Positions 6,171-14,156 of a DNA stretch of 33,941 nt are shown here, piece by piece. Every line of letters starts with the position of its first letter. The first letter of the stretch is position 1. The position numbers and the translations under genes are program-made. The notes beneath the pieces were generated by a model. The model saw only the letters and a program-made list of their open reading frames with translations. It ran no database searches and was not told where the DNA came from. The DNA is from Planctomycetota bacterium (GTDB lineage: Bacteria > Planctomycetota > Phycisphaerae > Phycisphaerales > UBA1924). Location: NCBI GenBank assembly GCA_039818905.1, contig JBCBTA010000001.1, positions 1-33,941 of the forward strand, written 5' to 3'.

Positions 6171-8801
6171 GTGCTTGCTGAGAAACCAGGACATGTTTCC
6201 ATGTGTGGACTTGCCGGCGGCTTGTTGCTGCTCGCAGGCGCCGCCCATGCACAGGTGCTCGTCGAGGATGGCTTCGGCGATGCGGACCGCGACAACGATG
6301 CCATCACCGACGGCGCACTGGTCACCGATGCGCTCGATGTCGGGGTCCCGTGGTATCTGGGCCGCGGCACCAGCGACGTCATCGTCGGCACGGCGGACGA
6401 TACTGCCGGTATCGGCAGCGACAATGCGATCGACATCTTGTCCATGACGACATCGACGCGCGGCCTGCTCGGCTCCTTCACACCGGTCACTCTCGCCGAC
6501 GGCGACATCATCGCCTTCTCGTTCGACGTCCGGATTACCGAGTCGCCGATCGATGCGACCGACGGCGGCACCTTCCCGACTGCTGATCTCGATCGCCGCT
6601 TCCGCTTCGGCCTGTACAACTCGAACGGAACGTTCGTGACAGGTGATACCGGCGACACGTCCATCACCGGCAACGACACCGGCTACGTCGCATCAATCGA
6701 CATCGGCTCCGGCGCCGGCAGTACATACGCCGCGGTCGGCGACCAGGCCGACGGCATTCTCGGCGGATCGGCCGTGTCGATGAGCGCCACATCCACCGAC
6801 ACGCAGTTCTTCCTGGACAACACGCCGCGGCGCCTCGCCATGGTGATGTCCCGCTCCGGCGACGAGATGGATGTCGTGATTCTCTTCGACGGCATCGAGG
6901 CGCAGGACGGCACGGCGACGGCGGCGGATATCGCCACCTTCTCGCTGCCTTACGGCTTCGACTACGTCGCCTTCGGCATGTCCGGTGCATCGCTGGACTA
7001 TCGCGTTGACAACATCGTGGTGCAGTACATCTCCGGCTCTGATCCCACACCGCTCTTTGATGGCTTCGAGGATGGCGATCGTGACAACAACGGTGTCCCA
7101 GAGGGCCCCGTCAACGATCCCGGCGACGTGGGCTATCGCTGGTTCCGCTCCACCGGCACCAGCAGCTTCGATGTCACTGTCGCTGACGACAGCGCGGGCA
7201 TCGGGACCGGCAACGCCCTGATCCGCGACACGACGACCACCAGCACCCGAGCCGTGTCCGCACGGTTCGATGACATCACGCTGGCCGAGATCGGGGACCA
7301 GATCAGCTTTTCCTTCGACATGCGCCCGATCGGCACCATCCCGACGTCCGATCGCCGCTTCCGCTGGGGCATCCACAACGATGGCGGAACGCCCGTGACC
7401 GCGGACGGTTCCGGTGAGGCCGCCGACGACTCCGGCTACATCGTCCAGCAGGACACCGGCGTGGCGTCCGGCGACGCATCGACGATCCGCGGCATCATCA
7501 TGCAGTCGTCGCCGATCTCCGGCTCGACGCGCTCGACCAGCGCATCGACGAGTGATCCGTCCACCGCGGTGACCAGCAACGCGACACGTCGCTACGAGAT
7601 GCGCGTCCGGCGCAGCTTCGACGCAACGCTGATGCGAGACGTCAACATCATCACCTTCCTCATCGACGGCATCGAGGCGGACCAGGGTGTCGATGATGGC
7701 GATGGCGTGGTCACGGATCCCGTGACCTACACCTTCAACCAGATGACGATCGGCACCAACAGCCTGTCGGACTTTGAGTTCGCGATCGACAACGTCTCGG
7801 TCTTCTTCATCCCGGCGACGCCGGCCGGCAACGTCAACAGCGACGGCTTCGAGGATGGTGACCGCGACAACAACGGCAGCCTCGAGGGCCCGGTCAACGA
7901 TCCCTTCGACACCGGCTACACGTGGTATCGCTCTCGCGGCGGATCCTCGGCCCCGACGATCCAGATCATCGATGACTCGGGTGCCGGCAACATCGATTCG
8001 CTCAACGCATTCAACGTCTTCACGCTGTCATCGAGCACACGATCGATGTCCGCAGCGATCCAGGAGATCACGCTCGAGACGGGCGACAAGGTCTCCATGG
8101 CGTTCGACATCAGGCTTCGTGGCCCGATCCCCGCGGATGATGCCGCAGGCTTCCGCTTCGGCATCCATGACTCGGCAGGAACGCCCATCACGCAGGATGG
8201 CGGTCCGACGCTGACCAACGATGACCTCGGCTACATCGGTCTGTTCGACACGGGTGCGAGTGCCGACAGCACCGCCAGCATCCGCGGCGACAACGACCCG
8301 CTGTCGTTCATGGGCGGCAAGTCCAGAGCGCTCGGCGGGACGTCGGACGATCCGGCCTTCGCGCTGGACGACAACATGCCGCACCGCATCGAGCTCGAGG
8401 TCATGGCAGCGCTGGACACCCAGGGCGAGCGAATCAACCTCGTGACGCTCTACTTCGACAACGTGATCGCCACCAGTGGTGTTGACGACGGACAGGAAGC
8501 CGGCGACCCGGATCGCCCCGAGGATCCGGATGCGGTGACCTTCACGTTCAACCAGATCACCTTCGGAACCCAGGTGGACTTCATCGACTACAACATCGAC
8601 AACGTGGTCGTGACCTTCACGCCCGCACCCACGTGCGCACCCGATCTCGATCTGGATGGTGAGCTGACCTTCTTCGACATCGCACTCTTCCAGAATCTGT
8701 TCGATGCGATGGACCCGGTCGGCGACTGGAATAACGACACGTTCTTCACGGATCAGGACGTGACGGACTACCTGACTGACTTCAACGCAGGCTGTCCGTA
8801 A
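6171..8801 (+). CDS. Secreted protein with three tandem ~260-aa lectin/LamG-like repeats and a C-terminal Cys-bracketed dockerin-like module
   Basis: GTG 6171 has GAGGAG 6 nt upstream. Alternative starts are TTG 6150 and ATG 6201. Signal peptide CGLAGGLLLLAGAAHA. Three repeats each start with DGF(E/G)D(G/A)DRDN and end with (I/V)DN(I/V)xV. The C-terminus reads CAPDLDLDGELTFFD...NAGCP. Confidence 0.85.
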   Translation: MLAEKPGHVSMCGLAGGLLLLAGAAHAQVLVEDGFGDADRDNDAITDGALVTDALDVGVPWYLGRGTSDVIVGTADDTAGIGSDNAIDILSMTTSTRGLLGSFTPVTLADGDIIAFSFDVRITESPIDATDGGTFPTADLDRRFRFGLYNSNGTFVTGDTGDTSITGNDTGYVASIDIGSGAGSTYAAVGDQADGILGGSAVSMSATSTDTQFFLDNTPRRLAMVMSRSGDEMDVVILFDGIEAQDGTATAADIATFSLPYGFDYVAFGMSGASLDYRVDNIVVQYISGSDPTPLFDGFEDGDRDNNGVPEGPVNDPGDVGYRWFRSTGTSSFDVTVADDSAGIGTGNALIRDTTTTSTRAVSARFDDITLAEIGDQISFSFDMRPIGTIPTSDRRFRWGIHNDGGTPVTADGSGEAADDSGYIVQQDTGVASGDASTIRGIIMQSSPISGSTRSTSASTSDPSTAVTSNATRRYEMRVRRSFDATLMRDVNIITFLIDGIEADQGVDDGDGVVTDPVTYTFNQMTIGTNSLSDFEFAIDNVSVFFIPATPAGNVNSDGFEDGDRDNNGSLEGPVNDPFDTGYTWYRSRGGSSAPTIQIIDDSGAGNIDSLNAFNVFTLSSSTRSMSAAIQEITLETGDKVSMAFDIRLRGPIPADDAAGFRFGIHDSAGTPITQDGGPTLTNDDLGYIGLFDTGASADSTASIRGDNDPLSFMGGKSRALGGTSDDPAFALDDNMPHRIELEVMAALDTQGERINLVTLYFDNVIATSGVDDGQEAGDPDRPEDPDAVTFTFNQITFGTQVDFIDYNIDNVVVTFTPAPTCAPDLDLDGELTFFDIALFQNLFDAMDPVGDWNNDTFFTDQDVTDYLTDFNAGCP
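6258..8630 (+). repeat. Three diverged in-frame tandem coding repeats (about 6258-7052, 7053-7832, 7833-8630)
   Basis: Shared motif ladder: DGFEDGDRDNNG, GPVND, W(Y/F)R, DDSAGIG, STR, ITL, GDxxSFxFDxR, FR(F/W)GI, GTPxT, DDxGY, DTG, IRG, DG(I/V), IDNVxV. Nucleotide identity is only partial by eye. Confidence 0.8.
8634..8798 (+). other. C-terminal Cys...GCP dockerin-like double Ca-loop module
   Basis: CAPDLDLDGELTFFDIALFQNLFDAMDPVGDWNNDTFFTDQDVTDYLTDFNAGCP. Two Asp-rich loops are each followed by an FxD/L helix segment, bracketed by Cys residues. Confidence 0.6.
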
Positions 8802-8823
8802 CCGACGCCTTCATGTTCTTTCC

Positions 8824-8857
8824 CCGGCCGCATCGCTACCGCGGTGCGGCCGGATTT
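8824..8857 (+). terminator. Possible weak intrinsic terminator/attenuator hairpin
   Basis: CCGGCCGCA (8824-8832) pairs with TGCGGCCGG (8845-8853), with a 12-nt partly paired loop. The trailing ATTTA tract is poor. Confidence 0.3.
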
Positions 8858-8895
8858 ACGACCCACGACGGGCGTCCTGACTTGGAGACAGCATC

Positions 8896-9855
8896 ATGAA
8901 GATCCGCCGCGGTTTCACACTGGTTGAATTGCTGGTGGTCATTGCAGTCGTCGCATTGCTCGTCGGCGTGCTGCTTCCGGCCCTTTCGGCGGCTCGCTCG
9001 AGCGGCACTTCGCTCAAGTGCCTCAGCAACCTGAAGCAGATGGGCATCGCCCATGCTGACTGGGGCGCCGCCAACGACGACGAAATCATCTTCCCGATGA
9101 TCCCGACCTGGGGCATCGACAACGACACCGACCTCACCAAGTTCTGGTGGCAGACCATGGGCGAGTTCATGCTTGACCTCGGTGAGCGCGATGACCGCTT
9201 CGAGTCATTCCGCTGCCCGGCGTGGAAGCCCCAGTACTCCAACGACCAGCTGTCCGCCATCCACAGCAACGATGATGATGCTGTCGCCAGCGGACTGCCC
9301 GAGACCATGAGCTTCCGCACCGGCTACGGCATGAACCGTCGCTTGATGACACCGCACACCTACGCCCGCTACCACTATCCGCTGGATCGGGCCAAGGCCG
9401 CGGCCCGGGCGGGCATCCAGTCGCGCCCCGACCTCTTCATCAAGCAGGCCATTTCCACGTCCAACCCCGGCGCCGTGGATGAGCCAGACGTTGAGAACTA
9501 CCGCAGCCCGCCATGGCGCTACGTCCAGATCGGACTGCCCTCGGAGCGGATCATCAACGGCGACAGCGGCAACGCATGGCTCGACCCGTCCCGCAACGCG
9601 CCTTTCTGGAGCAACGCCATCGATTCGCAGGGTGACCCCGCCGGAAGCGGTGATCCCAAGCGGCACAGCGGCTGGGAGTACGTGCTGTCAGGAACTGGCA
9701 TCGAGAGTTCGGAACTGCTCGAAGGCAAGGCAAACTACCTCTACTGTGATGGACATGCGGAATCGGTTGATTCGCTCGACGCGGTGCAGGGCATCATCGA
9801 TCCGCTGAAGTCCGACTACGAAATCGGGGAGATCCTCGCCGATTGGATCCCCTGA
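8896..9855 (+). CDS. Prepilin-type N-terminal cleavage/methylation domain protein, DUF1559-like (planctomycete pseudopilin family)
   Basis: MKIRRG|[16 protein letters not shown] is a prepilin peptidase site with Glu at +5, followed by LLPALSAAR...[12 protein letters not shown]. The C-terminal H-X9-DG-like end reads KRHSG...[20 protein letters not shown] lies 7 nt upstream. Confidence 0.85.
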   Translation: MKIRRGFTLVELLVVIAVVALLVGVLLPALSAARSSGTSLKCLSNLKQMGIAHADWGAANDDEIIFPMIPTWGIDNDTDLTKFWWQTMGEFMLDLGERDDRFESFRCPAWKPQYSNDQLSAIHSNDDDAVASGLPETMSFRTGYGMNRRLMTPHTYARYHYPLDRAKAAARAGIQSRPDLFIKQAISTSNPGAVDEPDVENYRSPPWRYVQIGLPSERIINGDSGNAWLDPSRNAPFWSNAIDSQGDPAGSGDPKRHSGWEYVLSGTGIESSELLEGKANYLYCDGHAESVDSLDAVQGIIDPLKSDYEIGEILADWIP

Positions 9856-9864
9856 TCACGGAGC

Positions 9865-11988
9865 ATGATCGCAATGCATCTCGCTTCACACTTCGTCCTC
9901 GTACCGGCAGTGGCGCTCTGCCTCGCCGCCGGTACGCACGCAGCGACGATTCAGGTGTCATCCGCCTCGGACATATCCAGCGCCATGCTGACGGCATCGC
10001 CGGGTGATGTTCTGGAGATGGTGAATGGAACCTGGACGGACGAAGAGATCACGTTCGTTGGCTTTGGAACATCGACGCAGCCCATCACGCTGCGAGCGCA
10101 AACGCCCGGCATGGTGGTGCTCAACGGTTCATCCAAGATCGAGATGGGCGGCACGCATCTGGTGATCGAAGGGCTGCGCTTCGAAGGTGGAAGCCTGACC
10201 GATGGCCATGTCATCCGGTTCAAGGATGGATCGACACTGGCCCACCACTGCACGCTCCGCGACACCGCGATCATCGACTACAACCCGCCCAGCACCGACA
10301 CACGCTACTTCTGGGTGTCGCTCCACGGCACCAACAACGTCGTGGAGGACTGTCTCTTCATCAACCAAAACCATTCGGGCGTCGTGGTCTGCATCTGGGA
10401 TGACTTCCCGAACAACCACATCGTTCGTCGCAACTACTTCAAGGATCATCCTGAGGATCCGAATCAGGCCAACGGGTGGGAGACCATACGGATCGGCACG
10501 AGCGACTTCGTCGATCTGAGCTCTCAGACGCTCATCGAGGAGAACTACTTCGAGCGGTGTGACGGCGAGATCGAGATCATCTCGAGCAAGACCGGCGACA
10601 ACATCATGCGTCGGAACACCTTCTCCGAGTGCAAGGGCACGCTGACCCTGCGTCACGGATTCAGTGCCCTGGTCTACGGCAATGCCTTCCTCGGCAACGA
10701 CCGCTCGGGCTCCGGTGGCGTCCGCGTCGTCGGACCCGGCCACCGCGTCTGGAACAACTACTTCGAGAAGCTCGACGCTCGCGCCGGAGCCACCATCACG
10801 CTGTACGCAGGCGAGATCAACGGCCCCAACTCCGGGTATCTGGCGATGACCGACGTCATCGTGGCGCACAACACGATCGTGGACTCGCAGGGACCTGCCT
10901 TCGATCTTGCGACGGGACTCGGATCATCCAACCGCACGGTGCTCCCTGATGACGTGACCATCGTGGGCAACCTCGTCGCAACGCCTGGTGAGACCGTGGC
11001 GTCATCGACGAACCCGATGGTCACCTGGACGGACAACATCGCCTTCGCATCGGGGCTCGGCACCGCATCAGGCGGCGGTGTCACGCTGGTCGGCAGCGAT
11101 CCTGTGGCACCCGGAGCCGACGGACTGGAGCGGCCCTTCGCCGGGAGCGCTGCGGAGAACGCGGTCAACCCGCTCGTCTCCTTCGTTCCGGACGACATCG
11201 ACGGCCAGGCCCGCACGGCGGCCGCCGAAGCCGGCGCCGACGAAATCTCCGGGGCGGCGCAGCTCTACACACCGATTACCGTTGATGACGTCGGGCCCAG
11301 CTGGTGGCCGCTCGCTCCTCCGGGCGTCGATCCATCGCTCGGCTTCATCTTCGAAGCAGAGAATGCGGATCAGATCCTTGATCCGGACATGGATGGCTCG
11401 ATCTTCACCGTTGCATCGGTGGCCAGTGCATCAAACGGCGAAGTGCTTCTCAGTCCGTCGGGCTCGCGCACCAACCTGCCGGGACACGAGACGATCGCCG
11501 TGTACGAGCTCGATGCCCCGGATGCTGGAACGTACACCGCGTACTACCGCGTGCGCGGCTTCAGCGGAAGCACGGACAGCTTCTTCACGCCGACGGGCTT
11601 TGACCTCGATCCGACGGAGCAGCAGACCACCAGCACCAACGGCACCTTCCAATGGGAGTTGGGCGATGACTTCGTCGTTCCCGGTGGCGCGGGAACGCTT
11701 GAGTTCAGGATCGGTCGTCGCGAGCAGGATACGGAGATCGACGCGATCATCCTGTATCCGGCGAATGACCTTACCGATCAGGAGCTGGACTTCCTCCTTG
11801 AGGAGGCCCTGGTGCCGCCCTGTCCCATCGATCTTGATGGCAGCGGCGATTACAACTTTTTCGATCTTGCCATCTTCCTCCAGCTTCACCACGATGAGGA
11901 TCCGAGCGCTGACATCGTCGATGACGATGTGTACGATCGTTTTGACGTGACTGCCTTCCTGCAGTTGACGTCGCAGGGGTGCCCGTGA
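9865..11988 (+). CDS. Secreted PL6-family polysaccharide lyase (alginate lyase/chondroitinase-B-like beta-helix) + CBM-like domain + Cys-bracketed dockerin-like module
   Basis: Signal peptide VPAVALCLAAGTHA. PL6 motifs are NGWETIRIG, CDGEIEIISSKTGDNIMRRNTF and GTLTLRHG, with Lys and Arg 21 residues apart. A CBM-like beta-sandwich occupies about 11341-11760 (GFIFEAENAD...EIDAIILYP). The C-terminal module is at 11821-11985. Confidence 0.85.
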   Translation: MIAMHLASHFVLVPAVALCLAAGTHAATIQVSSASDISSAMLTASPGDVLEMVNGTWTDEEITFVGFGTSTQPITLRAQTPGMVVLNGSSKIEMGGTHLVIEGLRFEGGSLTDGHVIRFKDGSTLAHHCTLRDTAIIDYNPPSTDTRYFWVSLHGTNNVVEDCLFINQNHSGVVVCIWDDFPNNHIVRRNYFKDHPEDPNQANGWETIRIGTSDFVDLSSQTLIEENYFERCDGEIEIISSKTGDNIMRRNTFSECKGTLTLRHGFSALVYGNAFLGNDRSGSGGVRVVGPGHRVWNNYFEKLDARAGATITLYAGEINGPNSGYLAMTDVIVAHNTIVDSQGPAFDLATGLGSSNRTVLPDDVTIVGNLVATPGETVASSTNPMVTWTDNIAFASGLGTASGGGVTLVGSDPVAPGADGLERPFAGSAAENAVNPLVSFVPDDIDGQARTAAAEAGADEISGAAQLYTPITVDDVGPSWWPLAPPGVDPSLGFIFEAENADQILDPDMDGSIFTVASVASASNGEVLLSPSGSRTNLPGHETIAVYELDAPDAGTYTAYYRVRGFSGSTDSFFTPTGFDLDPTEQQTTSTNGTFQWELGDDFVVPGGAGTLEFRIGRREQDTEIDAIILYPANDLTDQELDFLLEEALVPPCPIDLDGSGDYNFFDLAIFLQLHHDEDPSADIVDDDVYDRFDVTAFLQLTSQGCP
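11821..11985 (+). other. C-terminal Cys...GCP dockerin-like double Ca-loop module (second copy of the type at 8634-8798)
   Basis: CPIDLDGSGDYNFFDLAIFLQLHHDEDPSADIVDDDVYDRFDVTAFLQLTSQGCP. It aligns with the other copy on C-x-DLDGxG-xxFFDxAxF-xL...DP...D...DVTxxL...GCP. Confidence 0.6.
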
Positions 11989-11996
11989 GCTTCCGT

Positions 11997-12440
11997 ATGC
12001 GATGCAGGCAACTCATCCCGACGACTCTGCTCGCGCTTGGCGCCGCTCTGCTCGGCTCTTCCCCCACGACGCCCGCCGATGCGTCCGTCATCACGCGCCA
12101 GGTCAGCTTCATCGATATCGCCCGCGTGCTCGACGCCGAGGCAAACGATGCAGTGCGTCTTGCGCGGTATCTCGGTGTCGATCTGCATCGCGACGCGGCA
12201 TCCGGCAACCGTGACCTGCCTCCGGATCCTGGCACGGTCCTCGCGCATGCTCGCGGCATCGCTGTACCGACGCCCCGGAGCGTTGCACCGCAGGCCGCCT
12301 GCGCCCTCAACACCGATTTCGTGCCAACCGACACGACGCGGCGTCTCCAGATTGATGGCATGTGCGATCCGATTGATCGCACGCTCCTGCGTATCTCGGC
12401 CCGTGGCCCGCCCGCCTTGCCGGCTCACGCGAACACGTGA
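11997..12440 (+). CDS. Hypothetical small secreted protein
   Basis: Signal-like N-terminus MRCRQLIPTTLLALGAALLGSSPTTPADA. Third-position GC bias is consistent with neighbouring genes. The competing ORFs are Arg/Pro/Ser-rich shadows. GTG 11979 is an alternative start. I recognise no family. Confidence 0.5.
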   Translation: MRCRQLIPTTLLALGAALLGSSPTTPADASVITRQVSFIDIARVLDAEANDAVRLARYLGVDLHRDAASGNRDLPPDPGTVLAHARGIAVPTPRSVAPQAACALNTDFVPTDTTRRLQIDGMCDPIDRTLLRISARGPPALPAHANT

Positions 12441-12485
12441 TTCGGGACCACACGAGACATCATTGAGACAGCAGGAGTTTTCATC

Positions 12486-13235
12486 ATGCGACTTTCACGA
12501 TTCGCCGCCGGCATCGCGGCACTCTGCACCTCGGCCGCGTTCGGACAGAACGTCACCGTCAACGTCACGGGTCCGGCGACCGCCAACCCCGGCGACACCG
12601 TCACCGTCACCGTCTCCGCCACGGTGGACAGCCTCCCCGGCGGCGCCATCGGGGGCTATGGCCTTGATGTCGCCGCGACTGCCAACCCCGGGGCCGTTTC
12701 CGGCTTCGCCGCGGCTGTCAGCCCGACCCTGACGCTCGGCACCGTTGCAGGAACGCCCGGCGCAGGTGTCCTGGATCGGGTCATCGGCGGGCAGCTTTCC
12801 AACGTCTTCAACCTCAACCCGAGCATTGATACGTCAACGACGCTGACGCTCTTCACGACCGACGTCACCATCGACGCCGGCGCGACCCCTGGCACGACGA
12901 TCACCATCGACGTGTCACCGACCGCTGCAGGTGGCGGCGTGTACCTCTATCCGGACACCACCGCCGGTGCATCCGTCCTTGCTCCCACCGACGGCGGCAC
13001 CTCACTGACGACCGTCGCGCTGGACATTCTTGTTCCAGTGGCTTGCAACGGCGACATCGACGGTGACGGCTCGACCAACCTGTCGGACTTCACGATTCTC
13101 GCACAGAACTTCGGCGCCACCGGCCTGCCAAGCGGCAACGGTGAGAGCCGCGGCGTCGGTGATCTGAACGACGACGGAAGCGTCAACCTGGCCGACTTCA
13201 CCATCCTCGCCAACGACTTCGGCTGCACGCCGTAA
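12486..13235 (+). CDS. Secreted cohesin-like domain protein with canonical type-I dockerin repeats
   Basis: RBS AGGAG. Signal peptide AAGIAALCTSAAFG. A cohesin-like beta-sandwich occupies about 12549-13034 (VTVNVTGPATANPGDTVTVTVSA...IGGYGLDV...TITIDVSP). A dockerin pair forms the C-terminus. Confidence 0.8.
   Translation: MRLSRFAAGIAALCTSAAFGQNVTVNVTGPATANPGDTVTVTVSATVDSLPGGAIGGYGLDVAATANPGAVSGFAAAVSPTLTLGTVAGTPGAGVLDRVIGGQLSNVFNLNPSIDTSTTLTLFTTDVTIDAGATPGTTITIDVSPTAAGGGVYLYPDTTAGASVLAPTDGGTSLTTVALDILVPVACNGDIDGDGSTNLSDFTILAQNFGATGLPSGNGESRGVGDLNDDGSVNLADFTILANDFGCTP
13044..13232 (+). other. Canonical two-repeat dockerin (type I-like), Cys-bracketed
   Basis: CNGDIDGDGSTNLSDFTILAQNFG ... GDLNDDGSVNLADFTILANDFGC. 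It contains two DxDxDGxxNxxDFxxL F-hand repeats. Confidence 0.8.
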
Positions 13236-13264
13236 CGCTCGTTGCCACGAGACTGCGAAACGAC

Positions 13265-13299
13265 AGGCCCTCGGCTTCTCGAAGCCGAGGGCCTTTCTT
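13265..13299. terminator. Bidirectional intrinsic terminator between convergent genes
   Basis: A 13-bp perfect stem, GGCCCTCGGCTTC (13266-13278) with GAAGCCGAGGGCC (13281-13293), followed by TTTCTT. Confidence 0.8.
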
Positions 13300-13318
13300 G
13301 TGCGCCATGGTGGCTGAC

Positions 13319-14149
13319 TTAGGTCGCCGTCACGTAAGCATCGCAGATGGAGGCGAGATATCGATCCTGATCCTCGGCCCAGTAGCGCTCGGAGAAGATC
13401 TCGACTTCGTTGAACCCGGCAAAGCCCGCCCGCTCGACCATCGCACGGATGCCGCGGATGTCAATGCAGCCTTCACCCATGAGCCCGCGATCGTTGAGCG
13501 GATCACGCATGGGAGTACGCCAGTCGCAGACATGGAAGCCGAACAGCCGACCTTCTCGTCCAAGCCCGTCGATCTGTGATACCAGGTCCGGATCCCACCA
13601 GACGTGATACACGTCAACCGCGACGCCGACGAGCGAATGCGCAACGTCATCGCAGACCGCACGCGCTTCCTGAATCCGATTGATGCAGCTTCGATCCGCG
13701 GCATACATCGGATGCAGCGGCTCGATGGCCAGCTTCACACCCAGACTCTCCGCGTGAGGCAGGAGCGACTGGATGCCGCCGACCACCATCTGCCGCGCGT
13801 CATGCAGTGCGATGTCCGGTGACGCACCGACGACCAGGACGACCATCTCCGCGCCGAGCGCCGCTGCCTCATCGAGACAGGTCCTGTTCTCGTCGAGGGA
13901 CGCGGCCCGCTGTGCGGCGTCGCTGCTCACGAAGAACCCGCCGCGAACCAGCGCGGGAACGGCGAGGCCGCTGTCCTGCACGATGCGGCTTGCCTCGGCG
14001 ATGCCAATCGGTTCGATGACGTTCCGCCAGATGCTGATGCCGCCGACGCTCGCCGAGGCGTAGCGCTCACAGCACTGCGCCAACGACCATGGCTTGGTGG
14101 TCATGGTGTGAATGGCACAGCGACTGAGATCGGAGAGCCGGGTTGTCAT
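13319..14149 (-). CDS. Sugar phosphate isomerase/epimerase (xylose-isomerase-like TIM barrel)
   Basis: Motifs KLAIEPLHP, VAVDVYHVWWDP and GFHVCDW. ATG 14149 is preferred because GAGG overlaps the upstream stop, 5 nt before the ATG. ATG 14164 is an alternative. Confidence 0.8.
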   Translation of the reverse strand: MTTRLSDLSRCAIHTMTTKPWSLAQCCERYASASVGGISIWRNVIEPIGIAEASRIVQDSGLAVPALVRGGFFVSSDAAQRAASLDENRTCLDEAAALGAEMVVLVVGASPDIALHDARQMVVGGIQSLLPHAESLGVKLAIEPLHPMYAADRSCINRIQEARAVCDDVAHSLVGVAVDVYHVWWDPDLVSQIDGLGREGRLFGFHVCDWRTPMRDPLNDRGLMGEGCIDIRGIRAMVERAGFAGFNEVEIFSERYWAEDQDRYLASICDAYVTAT

Positions 14150-14156
14150 TTCGACC

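Noticed and set aside
12037-12732. 231-aa plus-strand ORF bridging two genes
   Set aside because: The translation is a Pro/Ser/Arg-rich low-complexity string. It is out of frame with the signal-peptide-bearing ORFs at 11997 and 12486, which have RBSs and sensible composition.
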